Source: an uncultured Candidatus Saccharibacteria bacterium (GTDB lineage Bacteria > Patescibacteriota > Dojkabacteria > B142 > OLB20). Taken from it: 35,042 bases of DNA. Made by a program: the position numbers and the translations under genes. This document shows, piece after piece, positions 8,651 through 17,675 of the stretch (within the stretch, counting starts at the first letter, position 1; every line of letters begins with the position of its first letter). The notes beneath the pieces were generated by a model that worked only from the letters and a program-made list of their open reading frames with translations, was not told the DNA's origin and did no database searches. The stretch lies in the NCBI GenBank assembly GCA_964653475.1, contig CAZZFI010000002.1, forward strand, positions 1 through 35,042. The letters run 5' to 3'.

Positions 8651-9814
8651 CTATATCACTATCGAATGTCCAAGAGTCCATAAACTTGCTAGAAAACCTT
8701 GGAGCATAACGCAACATATCAGGTAAGGAAGTTTGTAGTCTTTGTATTTTTCCAGATAAATTGCGAATATCCAATAAATTGGCAAAATAACTAAAACATA
8801 TCTAGGAATTGAATTTATGTGAAATGGAAGGGGGCTGTTTAGCAGAGGGACCATAAAAAGCAGAATCGAAAATACAAAATAGTCTATCCTGATTTTTCTG
8901 AAACCTGATAAGATTACGAAAAATATGCCGACAGTGAAGATAGCGCCAAACTTTACAAGATAACTTTCTCTTAGAATAAAATGAGCGATGACAGTAACAG
9001 GGTTTGTCAGATGTCGTCCCCATGCTCCTTGTATGTCGAAAATAGCAAGCGGATTACCAGTTAAATGATAAATGTAGTATGCAAATACCACAATTCCAAA
9101 CGGTATTGTGAGAAGTAAGATGGTTTTATAGTTGAAATTCTTGAAAAACTTTTTTGGGTTTAATTCTAATCCATTTTTGAACCAAAATTCGTAGAGAACG
9201 GGAATCAACACTAGAAATCCTACAGATCGAGTCATCGAAGTTAAAAAACCCAAAACAGAGGTAAAAACAATTCTATGTTGAGTGGAGTAGTAGAGAGTCA
9301 TGGTCAGTAGCATGAAAAACAACGCCTCTGAAAGAAGTGCTGTGAAGAGAAATGCGGTGGGGAAGCAGATCAATAGTAGAGTCGAGCTGAAAGCTAGTTT
9401 TTTAGCACCATTTCTTCGAGACAAGAAGATCCTTTTAGATAACTTGTAGAAGTAAAGGATCCCGATTAGGGTAAAGGTGTTAGAGAGGAGAACCCCAACT
9501 ATAACATATTCACCACCAAAAATATTACCAAAGAATTTTACTAACATAGGATACAGCGGGAAAAAAGCATAGTTTGCTTGTCCTTCCGCTATGGGAGTTG
9601 CACTGTAACCGTTTTGGATTATGTGCATGTACCAGCCGCCATCCCAATTGACAAACATATTGAATATGTCTCGCCAATCGGTAACTTGAGAAAACCGTCC
9701 TGCGATATATTGAGCAAATCCCATTATCATGAAAATTATCAATCTAGTGGAAAAAAACAATAAAAATAGAAGTCTGTATTCTTTGGAAAATAGTTTATTT
9801 AAAAACTTCCTCAT
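8651..9814 (-). CDS. GT-C fold membrane mannosyltransferase (PIG-V / Mannosyl_trans2-like)
   Basis: 387 aa and polytopic. NWDGGWYMHIIQNGY in the first external loop matches the WD..Y..IA..GY signature of this family. Confidence 0.7.
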   Translation of the reverse strand: MRKFLNKLFSKEYRLLFLLFFSTRLIIFMIMGFAQYIAGRFSQVTDWRDIFNMFVNWDGGWYMHIIQNGYSATPIAEGQANYAFFPLYPMLVKFFGNIFGGEYVIVGVLLSNTFTLIGILYFYKLSKRIFLSRRNGAKKLAFSSTLLLICFPTAFLFTALLSEALFFMLLTMTLYYSTQHRIVFTSVLGFLTSMTRSVGFLVLIPVLYEFWFKNGLELNPKKFFKNFNYKTILLLTIPFGIVVFAYYIYHLTGNPLAIFDIQGAWGRHLTNPVTVIAHFILRESYLVKFGAIFTVGIFFVILSGFRKIRIDYFVFSILLFMVPLLNSPLPFHINSIPRYVLVILPIYWIFAIYLEKYKDYKLPYLICCVMLQGFLASLWTLGHSIVI

Positions 9815-10059
9815 TAGTAATCGCCAAGAAGGTTTATAGTAAGTTCGATCTATATTGGCAGAATTTTAACATCTATAGTTAATTGTTTCTATCGGAAGAT
9901 TAGGTTAGACAGAGATACGTCATAATTAACATAAACTGTAAAATCTTTTCTGAACCTTTACAATATGGAAAACAATACTTGATCTAGAATCATTATACTT
10001 ATAACATCCTCAAAAAATGTCTGCAGATAGAGGACTATATAAATTGTTAAGTTATTCTC

Positions 10060-10221
10060 ATGAATAATAAAAACAGCAATAACCAAGGTCGTAACCAAAG
10101 TAATGACGGTAGATCAGGACAGAGACAAAATAGTTCAGACAACCAAAACAGCGGGAAGGAAAATGATTCAGGTAGAGATAATATGAATCAGAATAGTGGA
10201 AATAGGTCAGACAGATCGTAA
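10060..10221 (+). CDS. 53-aa N/Q/S/G/R-rich hydrophilic (disordered) small protein
   Basis: Hand translation gives MNNKNSNNQGRNQSNDGRSGQRQNSSDNQNSGKENDSGRDNMNQNSGNRSDRS*. It has an ATG start and a TAA stop, and a strong intrinsic terminator follows 21 nt downstream. It falls below the ORF-track size cutoff. Confidence 0.55.
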   Translation: MNNKNSNNQGRNQSNDGRSGQRQNSSDNQNSGKENDSGRDNMNQNSGNRSDRS

Positions 10222-10242
10222 GATAATACGAGGGGAATCATA

Positions 10243-10267
10243 CCGGGGGAGAAATCCCCCGGTTTTT
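10243..10267 (+). terminator. Rho-independent terminator
   Basis: Perfect 8-bp GC-rich stem ccggggga/tcccccgg with a gaaa loop, followed by ttttt. Confidence 0.8.
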
Positions 10268-10448
10268 CATAAATCCTATTGTTTTCGCATAAACACTTGA
10301 GCATATGCTTTTTAAACCAGAAGTAATCCGAAATATACTGGCTTAATCTCGATTAAGCGTAATTACTTTTCCTATTTATTCTGAGTTAGAATGGATCCAT
10401 ATCTCATAGTATTGATTTTTTATAGATAAGGTAATTCCCCTTGAATTA

Positions 10449-10944
10449 ATAGGGATACCAATAATATTTTACTGGGTTCTCTGTTTCACTTTCTATATAA
10501 GTATTGTGGGAAGAAGCTCTGGATGGTTATCTTCAGTCCGGTGAACGAAAGTATATGGGAGCATTTGAAGATCGCTTTCTATCCAGGGATAGTTTTTGCG
10601 ATTATTCAAGTCTTAATTTTAAAAGATAGCCCTTCGAGCATTATTATAACTGAGATTATCTGCTTTTATGTTATGATTTTATTTATCTTGATTGCCGAAA
10701 TGATATACCCGAAGATTCTAAAATGGAATATCTTAATATGAGATTTGGCAGTATTTTTCATCGCTATTACTTTAGGCTAGCATACTTCTTACTATCTGTT
10801 CATTAATACAAATGTTGGCCTACCCTTGTGGACAATACCATTAATTGTATTGGACAAGGCTTTGTTTTCACACTATTAAGTTTCAAGCCTATAAGGTTAC
10901 CTTTGTATAGAGACTCGGTTGATGGGAAGTATGGGATAAAGTAA
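10449..10944 (+). pseudogene. Disrupted small multi-pass membrane protein (DUF6512-like from memory)
   Basis: Coherent hydrophobic pieces lie in three different frames: GIPIIFYWVLCFTFYISIVG.. / ..FSPVNESIWEHLKIAFYPG..(72-aa ORF 10523-10741) / ..FKPIRLPLYRDSVDGKYGIK*. Stops and frameshifts separate them. Confidence 0.5.
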
Positions 10945-11146
10945 AGGGAAAGCAAGGTTGGGAGATAGTCGGCATGCGGATTATATTAATGGATAGAGAT
11001 ATAGCCTCTAATTATCATTAAAGATATTAACTTATTTTCTCGACAAGAAACACGGCAATTTCAAAGAATACCTACTTATAGTAGGTTGCATAACTTCAAA
11101 TCATTCCTTGTTTGAAGTAATATATTGACATATTTAGAAATAACAT

Positions 11147-12724
11147 ATGTCGCGATCAAGGAGTCATATATTCAAAAGAGCATTAAGTATAGTTGTTGTT
11201 GTTGTAATTCTATTTTTTGTCTTTTACAGACTTACAGAAATCCCAAGTAGTTTATTCTGTGATGAGACTGAGTTTGCATTAGTGTCTAAACAATTAATAG
11301 AAGGCGATTACAGTAATTTTTATAATCCTTTTTATTACAAACATTTCTCATACGTTTTACCCACCCTAGTAATCTATCTCAAAGCTCCGTTCATATTTGT
11401 TTTTGGATTAACTGAATTTGCTGTACGATTCGGGAGTTCTTTCTATACGGTTTTGAGTATTTTTATCTGGTACTTCATATACAAAGAACTGGGCTGGAAA
11501 AATAAGCTGATGAGTTTGCTAATCCTTACTTTGTTCCCTATATTTTTACATCAAATGAGGCTCGGTTTCGGGATGGCTGAAACATATGCGGTCTGGTCGT
11601 TGTCAATATTTTTTATGATCAGGATGAGGAAAAACCCTACCTACTTTAGGCAAATGTTAGTAGCTTTTTTAGTAGGGTTCTGTTTTTTTGGTCAAACTTC
11701 TTCAATCTTTATCACTATCCCGGTTTTTGTTGCTTTCCTTTTCACCTCGTATCTTATTGAGGATATAAGTAGGAAACTTTCTTTAAAGACTATCCTAAAG
11801 AGGTATGTAGCATTCGTTGCAACATTGTTGCTTGTTATTAGCCCTGTTTTTATCCAGATGAAATTTTACCCAGGGTACTTTGAAAGGCTTGAGCAAAAGA
11901 ATGTGCAAAACATTGACTTAACTCTAGGAGAACACTTCTATAGGGTATCAGAAAATATTCCTAAATACTTTGATCCTGAATACCTCTTTATTAAGGGTGA
12001 ATATGAAATTCCTAATGCCTTCATATCAAGACACTCATTAACAGGCATGGGTGTTTTAAATCCTATAATAATAGCCTTGGTTCTAATTGGTTTGGTAGGG
12101 TTATTTCTGCAAAATTATGAGCAAAAGTATTTTGTCGTAAGCATGATCGCCTTACTTTTCTATCCATTACCTGACCTTCTCACTACGAAAATAGACCAAG
12201 CGCCGTATACATATTCCGCAACTATGATACTCATAGTTTTACCATTCATTATTGGATATTCTTTGAATGTTATTAATTCTCTGAAATCTCAATCTGTGAA
12301 AATAGCTCTTTTGGGAGGAATTGGGATCTATATGTTATTTTATGGTTATTTATTGTTCACCAAATTAGAAGTCTATCCTATGAAATCTGCTGATTATTGG
12401 GGTTTTCAGGAGGGGATGAAACAGCTGGTTGAAGTATCAGCGGAAAAGCAAGGTATGTATGACGAAATTCTGATAACCGATTTCTTCAATTCTCCTCAAT
12501 CTTTACTTTCATTTTATAATGATGGCGAAAAATGTGAAATTTGTAGCATAGGAGGTGTCACTTCGCACGATCCGGAATTGAAACAGTTATTCTTTATTCG
12601 TAAGGCTGAACTAGAACAAATAGTAGAAGTAATGACGGATTATCAAGTACGGGTGGTCGAAGAAGTTCCAATCGCAAATGGAGAGATTGAGTATTTAGGA
12701 TTTGAGATAACTGAAAAAGAATAA
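11147..12724 (+). CDS. GT-C glycosyltransferase, family 39 / ArnT-PMT_2-like
   Basis: 525 aa with ~11 N-terminal TM helices and a soluble C-terminal domain. An acidic DE motif in the first loop (FCDETEFALVSKQLIEG) is typical of ArnT/PMT enzymes. Confidence 0.75.
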   Translation: MSRSRSHIFKRALSIVVVVVILFFVFYRLTEIPSSLFCDETEFALVSKQLIEGDYSNFYNPFYYKHFSYVLPTLVIYLKAPFIFVFGLTEFAVRFGSSFYTVLSIFIWYFIYKELGWKNKLMSLLILTLFPIFLHQMRLGFGMAETYAVWSLSIFFMIRMRKNPTYFRQMLVAFLVGFCFFGQTSSIFITIPVFVAFLFTSYLIEDISRKLSLKTILKRYVAFVATLLLVISPVFIQMKFYPGYFERLEQKNVQNIDLTLGEHFYRVSENIPKYFDPEYLFIKGEYEIPNAFISRHSLTGMGVLNPIIIALVLIGLVGLFLQNYEQKYFVVSMIALLFYPLPDLLTTKIDQAPYTYSATMILIVLPFIIGYSLNVINSLKSQSVKIALLGGIGIYMLFYGYLLFTKLEVYPMKSADYWGFQEGMKQLVEVSAEKQGMYDEILITDFFNSPQSLLSFYNDGEKCEICSIGGVTSHDPELKQLFFIRKAELEQIVEVMTDYQVRVVEEVPIANGEIEYLGFEITEKE

Positions 12725-12820
12725 GCCTGACCCCTAGTCTTGTCTATAGTGATGAGGAAGTTTCATCGATGGCTCACAATGCGAAAATTTTGCATGATTG
12801 AAAAGTGCTTTAAAGTAGAA

Positions 12821-13783
12821 TTACCGTCGAGTTACCTTTTTAATGAGCCTATTGTACGTTTCCCCTTTGTAAAGTTTTAAATAAGACAAAGTACCTAAAA
12901 AAATATTAGTAATGATTAAAGAGATTATGATAATAACCATGCGAACTTTCTTGGGACTTTCAGTTTGTGATGAGCTCACAATCTGATCGCCGAAAACATC
13001 TTGAGATATTACCATTGTAGGGGTATTGGTAACAGTAGGCTCAGGTAATGGTGTAGGAGTAGAAGTAGAAGTTGGAGACATTGTAATTGTGGGGGTAGGG
13101 GATGGTTTTTTTGTGATAATGGCAGTAGGCTTGGATGTTGGGGTCGAGGTAGGAGAGACAGTTAATTTTTGTTGTGGTACTGTTTGACATGCATATGATG
13201 ACCCTAGTGGTGTTAGGGGGGCAGATTTGTCGACAACTCTGATGTTCATTATATCCAGTCCACTAGTAAATCCAATACTTCTAGCTGTCTGCCACCATAA
13301 ATCTAGAGCTCTCTTTTTTCCTTGATATCCATAACCTCCTGTACCGACATCGAGTTTTTCTGCTATAAGACATCTCCCTTTATATTTAATTTCGACACGT
13401 GTGCCACCAGGAAGCCCTCCTAAGGCTGACCAGTCTGGTTTCCCAGAGTCCGGATTATTGCTTAATTCGGCAAAACTAACTCTATTATGCAATGGAACTC
13501 CACCGTAATAACCTATGCCGTTATCATCATCACATTTATCCCCAAGTCGTGCATTTAGAGATTCGGCTGTGAACTCTCCATTTCTAATGCGAGTACACTG
13601 GTTATCGTTATCAATAACCCAACCATTATCATAATGCCCACCGTAGTATGTAGTAGCCACGTCTACTCCTTCAGGGCTATAGACATTTGCGTGTACCATC
13701 TTGGGGGAGAAGTTAGATAATAAGAGTATTGAAATAGCAGTAGCTACTGAGAAGAGGATTTGTTTAGGCAGTAATTTTTTCAT
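12821..13783 (-). CDS. Surface-tethered DPBB-fold (RlpA/3D/expansin-like) putative glycan-lytic protein
   Basis: Has a signal peptide (MKKLLPKQILFSVATAISILLL...VHA). The domain contains ..GGLPGGTRVEIKYKGRCLIAEKLDVGTGG......ALDLWWQTARSIG, resembling RlpA/3D double-psi beta-barrels. A ~50-aa Pro/Thr/Ser-rich linker and a C-terminal TM anchor followed by basic residues complete it. Confidence 0.65.
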   Translation of the reverse strand: MKKLLPKQILFSVATAISILLLSNFSPKMVHANVYSPEGVDVATTYYGGHYDNGWVIDNDNQCTRIRNGEFTAESLNARLGDKCDDDNGIGYYGGVPLHNRVSFAELSNNPDSGKPDWSALGGLPGGTRVEIKYKGRCLIAEKLDVGTGGYGYQGKKRALDLWWQTARSIGFTSGLDIMNIRVVDKSAPLTPLGSSYACQTVPQQKLTVSPTSTPTSKPTAIITKKPSPTPTITMSPTSTSTPTPLPEPTVTNTPTMVISQDVFGDQIVSSSQTESPKKVRMVIIIISLIITNIFLGTLSYLKLYKGETYNRLIKKVTRR

Positions 13784-13798
13784 AACTTAGCTATCATA

Positions 13799-16700
13799 TC
13801 ACATCTCTAATGCAACATGAGCAGTTCGCTTTATGTGGTTCCAACCTTGTTGAGTCCCTTTGACTGCACGTATGGCCGATATATAAGTTGCGTAGCTCAA
13901 AAAGAATTTATAACCAGTTAGGAAAAAAGGTAGAATTATTAATAATTTCAGCTTATTAAAGAAGCCGTGTTTCTGGAATATTATCACATATAGACATAAG
14001 GCCAATTCCACAATAATAAATATCATCGCAAGTAAACTTAAGAACTCCTGGTCTATATAAGAAACATTTGTGAATATAGGTAACGGGTGGTTATAGAACC
14101 TTGAAACAGAGAGGTATAGAGAGAATAGAAATAGAAATGGATACAAAATGGTCATAGCAATATCAATGTAAAATAGCGGTAATCCTACAAAGCCGAGAGT
14201 ACTATAATGTGGATTAAATACACCTTTTCTATGTTTATATAAAGCTTGCATGTTTCCAAGCTGCCAGCGTGTTCTTTGGCGGAACAAATTTCTAAAATTC
14301 TCCGGTACTTCAGTTTTTGCCCTGGCTTCCGAATTGAAACGAACCTTTTTCCCAATACTGACAATTCTCATGGTTGCGTCTGCATCTTCCGCTAGAGTAT
14401 CGTGAATGAAACCACCTGACTTTATCAGAGCATCTCTTTTCCACATCCCAACTGCGCCTGGTACTACAGTTATAGTATTTATCACATCTTGTGCAGGTTT
14501 AATAAATTGTTGTGAGATGCCGTACTCTATTGTTTGTGAAAGAGTAATTAAATTACGTTGATTTCCAACTAAGATATGTCCAGCAATGGCTCCGACATTA
14601 TCATCTGTAATTAATATATTGTTAGCAAAATTATGAAGTGCCTTCTTTTCAAAAACCGTGTCGGCGTCACAAAAGACAATCCATTTTGTTCGAACCTCCT
14701 TAATTGATCGCTGAAGAGCTTTAGCTTTCCCCATGTTCGTGCTGTTAATTAACTTTATGTTCTTATGCGTGCTACTCATTTCTTTTACTATCTCTGCTGT
14801 CCTGTCGGTAGAACCATCATTAACTACTACAATTTTTAATTTAGGATAATTACATGCTAGGAGTGAATCTATAGTCTTTTTTATGACTAGTTCTTCGTTA
14901 TAACACGCAATTATTACAGCTAAAGGGGGGTATCGGAGTTGTTTTTGATTGATATGAGATAAGAAATATACTTTTAGCACCATTTTAAACTTGTATGTAA
15001 ATGCACCAATTATTAACCAAGTACTTCTCAAAATGGCTAGTAGAAGAGAGAAAGTATTTATCATGAGAATTAAAGTAAACAACTTTTGTCTGCCATAAAG
15101 AGCACGATAAACAGTTGTTGTTGCAGGTATTGCATTAGCTCTAAACTCAGTGTTTTTATCCAACTCGTCTACGCGTACTATTTGGATATCTTTTTTTTGC
15201 AAATATTCAATAATCTGAGGAAGTGCTTCGAGAGTATTATCAATCTTTTCGCTTGTATCATGAAATAATATTTGACTATAGTTCCCTTGCGAATTCTCGA
15301 TAGCCTCGACTACTTTCTGTACACTTTCCTCTGGCGAATCAACTAGCCAATCTTTTGAGTCTATGTCGTATTCGCTTGCACGAAGGTTTAAATCTTTCAA
15401 ATAGTTCAGATACTCAATTGATTCGTCTGTATCGATAACGGATAGATTACTATATGGTTTCCTGAAATATTGGGGTTTTATTCCTGTAACAGTTTCTATA
15501 GCGTTATTGGTAGCCTGTATTTCTTGTATTTGGCTTTGTTGGTCAATCTGGCTGAATATAGGGTGTGTGTGTGAATGATTCTCGATTTCGTGTCCTTTGT
15601 CAATTATCGCTTTTGTCACCTCTGGGTATGCAAGTACGTTTTTTCCTAAGACAAAGAAAGTCCCCTTAACACCATAGCTATCTAATATATCAAGAACCTT
15701 TTTGGTGGTTTCTGGATGGGGTCCATCATCAAACGTTAAAGCAATCTTATTGGAAATATGACCGGTTTTCTCAACGACAGCGGGTTTGTCCTGTGAAATA
15801 ATCTGACTTTGGGTAATGAAAAGTTGGTCATCAAGCTGGATATACCTATCACCAGGCTCTGCTTTGTGATCAATCGAATATACTTCGCCTTCTCCGGTTG
15901 TTTCGATATCTAGTGATGAACGATAGTTCTCTGATAACAGGATTCTGTTTCTAGTATCGTTAAATGGGTCTTCTAGTAAATACCAAGTAGTAAACTCTTC
16001 AAATCCTGGATCAGTAATAGAAAACTTATAATTCGTATTTTCGATAAAGAAGCCACCATTTTTGAGATATCGAAGATAGTTGTATGAGGTAATTGCATCA
16101 GTTGTATTGTATTGAAAATTACCGTTATTTGTTTTAACGGGTTCAATGTCCCTGGAGGTTATCTTCACTTTATCAAAAAATTGTGAAGCATTATGATAAT
16201 CGATACTACTTAGGTAACCTTCTACTACACTAATATCTTTTTGAGTAGATATTGTAGGAACCTCCAAGTACACATTGCTGGGTTGTATATTTGAATATTT
16301 TAAAAGAATATTGAGTTGTTCTAGATAAGTATTCTGTTTATCATTTTTAAAATATATATTATCGACTTTTTTTATTATCGAAGAGTTATAGTCATTGAGA
16401 TATATAGGTGAAATAAGAATTCCAACATTTATATCAGACTCTTCCAGTAATAATTTCGCATCTTCAAACCACCTCTCAAAATTTAATAATTCATCAGAAG
16501 AGGATATCTTGGTATTGTCAAAATCAATATAGATGTCGTCAAAATCGTTTTCTAATAAATCGTTTCTAATCCTTAGAACTTCAGCAATAGTAACGCTTTC
16601 TACATAAGAGACTACTGTTTTGTCAGTTGAACTATTTGTTGTTCTTATTATATTCCTCTCTGTAGGTGGTGCAGAAAAATTAATTCCGCTCAAAATAGCG

Positions 16701-17092
16701 ATTTTCTTACGTTCACCTGGTCTATCTTTTTCTAAGAAGGAAATATCGTTAAGTAGGTTTTGATACTCAATTGGAGTGGAGACTTTCTCTTCACTGACTA
16801 GATATCTAGGAATAAAGATGCTGTATGATGATTCTATTCTGTCGTTTATTACTGAGAATGCACGTGGATGATTCTCGGTATATACCAGTGAAACATTACT
16901 GTTTGTAGTTATTATTTCACTGTGAGGGCTTTGAATAGTATTTATTTGGGTTGCTTTATGAGAATAAACAAAAATAAAAATAAACAAGGCAAGAAATATG
17001 CTAATAAAGACAGGAGAAAGAATATTAAAAAATATTCTACGTTTACCTGACTTATCAAAAAATATTGGTTGTATATTAACTGACTTCTTCAA
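13799..17092 (-). CDS. Fused exopolysaccharide synthase: N-terminal TM + GH18-like domain + CE4 (NodB) polysaccharide deacetylase + processive family-2 glycosyltransferase (PgaC/IcaA/NodC-like) + C-terminal TM bundle
   Basis: 1097 aa with a TTG start. CE4 motifs: TFDDGP, HSHTHP, FRKPYS, DSKDW, ILFHD. GT2 motifs: IIACYNEE, NDGSTD, CDADT, TLAEDAD, QRTRWQLG. The N-terminal region has a DDIYIDFDN string resembling a degenerate GH18 DxxDxDxE motif. Confidence 0.85.
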   Translation of the reverse strand: MKKSVNIQPIFFDKSGKRRIFFNILSPVFISIFLALFIFIFVYSHKATQINTIQSPHSEIITTNSNVSLVYTENHPRAFSVINDRIESSYSIFIPRYLVSEEKVSTPIEYQNLLNDISFLEKDRPGERKKIAILSGINFSAPPTERNIIRTTNSSTDKTVVSYVESVTIAEVLRIRNDLLENDFDDIYIDFDNTKISSSDELLNFERWFEDAKLLLEESDINVGILISPIYLNDYNSSIIKKVDNIYFKNDKQNTYLEQLNILLKYSNIQPSNVYLEVPTISTQKDISVVEGYLSSIDYHNASQFFDKVKITSRDIEPVKTNNGNFQYNTTDAITSYNYLRYLKNGGFFIENTNYKFSITDPGFEEFTTWYLLEDPFNDTRNRILLSENYRSSLDIETTGEGEVYSIDHKAEPGDRYIQLDDQLFITQSQIISQDKPAVVEKTGHISNKIALTFDDGPHPETTKKVLDILDSYGVKGTFFVLGKNVLAYPEVTKAIIDKGHEIENHSHTHPIFSQIDQQSQIQEIQATNNAIETVTGIKPQYFRKPYSNLSVIDTDESIEYLNYLKDLNLRASEYDIDSKDWLVDSPEESVQKVVEAIENSQGNYSQILFHDTSEKIDNTLEALPQIIEYLQKKDIQIVRVDELDKNTEFRANAIPATTTVYRALYGRQKLFTLILMINTFSLLLAILRSTWLIIGAFTYKFKMVLKVYFLSHINQKQLRYPPLAVIIACYNEELVIKKTIDSLLACNYPKLKIVVVNDGSTDRTAEIVKEMSSTHKNIKLINSTNMGKAKALQRSIKEVRTKWIVFCDADTVFEKKALHNFANNILITDDNVGAIAGHILVGNQRNLITLSQTIEYGISQQFIKPAQDVINTITVVPGAVGMWKRDALIKSGGFIHDTLAEDADATMRIVSIGKKVRFNSEARAKTEVPENFRNLFRQRTRWQLGNMQALYKHRKGVFNPHYSTLGFVGLPLFYIDIAMTILYPFLFLFSLYLSVSRFYNHPLPIFTNVSYIDQEFLSLLAMIFIIVELALCLYVIIFQKHGFFNKLKLLIILPFFLTGYKFFLSYATYISAIRAVKGTQQGWNHIKRTAHVALEM

Positions 17093-17675
17093 GCTTTAGA
17101 TGGATAAAGTGATAAAACCATGGTCGAGACCAGATAATTATAAAAGAGTTTATGATGCTTGTATTTTATAGCACAGAGCGTCTAAAAGCAATGGGGGAGG
17201 GGTTTGCGAATAATTTATTGTTGATCAAACTTAATTAGTATATATCTAGAGTAACCTCAGAATTGTTTGTGACTTTGATTACAAGAAGTGGGGATTACTT
17301 TGTTGTAAAAATATCATAATGAGATGTATTCGACATGCTCAGACCAAAGTTTGCCTTGTTTAATATTAGCATGGAACAATTCAAAATCTTCTTCCAAACT
17401 TAGGCATTACTTCCTTAATATTATAAATCAAGCGTTAACAACAGTATATTTTACCCTTATATATATTCTCAAATATCTCACCTGTATCCCTTGCCACTCT
17501 AGTATGGGGATGTTTCCGCGAGCTCGAAAGTTGTGTTAGGGCTAGTGAGAAGTGACTTAAGTAATTCTGAGGTCTGTGGTTGGACTCATCCTTAAACGTA
17601 AGAATCGACTTCAAATATAATATAAAAACCTTCAGAATTTGTTAGGTTCACGAAACTTTGCGTTGAATGTATTAT

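Noticed and set aside
10321-10369. Nested inverted repeats (aagtaat...attactt enclosing gcttaatc/gattaagc) downstream of the small-ORF terminator
   Set aside because: They are AT-rich with a 2-nt inner loop and have no associated gene end or recognisable riboswitch or ncRNA signature. Function cannot be supported from sequence alone.
11071-11118. Two hairpins (cctact-tat-agtagg and acttcaaa-N10-tttgaagt) upstream of the GT39-like gene
   Set aside because: They could be a terminator for the upstream pseudogene or a 5'-UTR structure. No T-tract or conserved motif is present, so this is too weak to call.
17324-17539. 71-aa plus-strand ORF in the gap after the EPS synthase
   Set aside because: It has low-complexity, Cys/Leu/Ile-rich odd composition, no promoter or RBS context, and lies in a region that looks like eroded minus-strand coding sequence.
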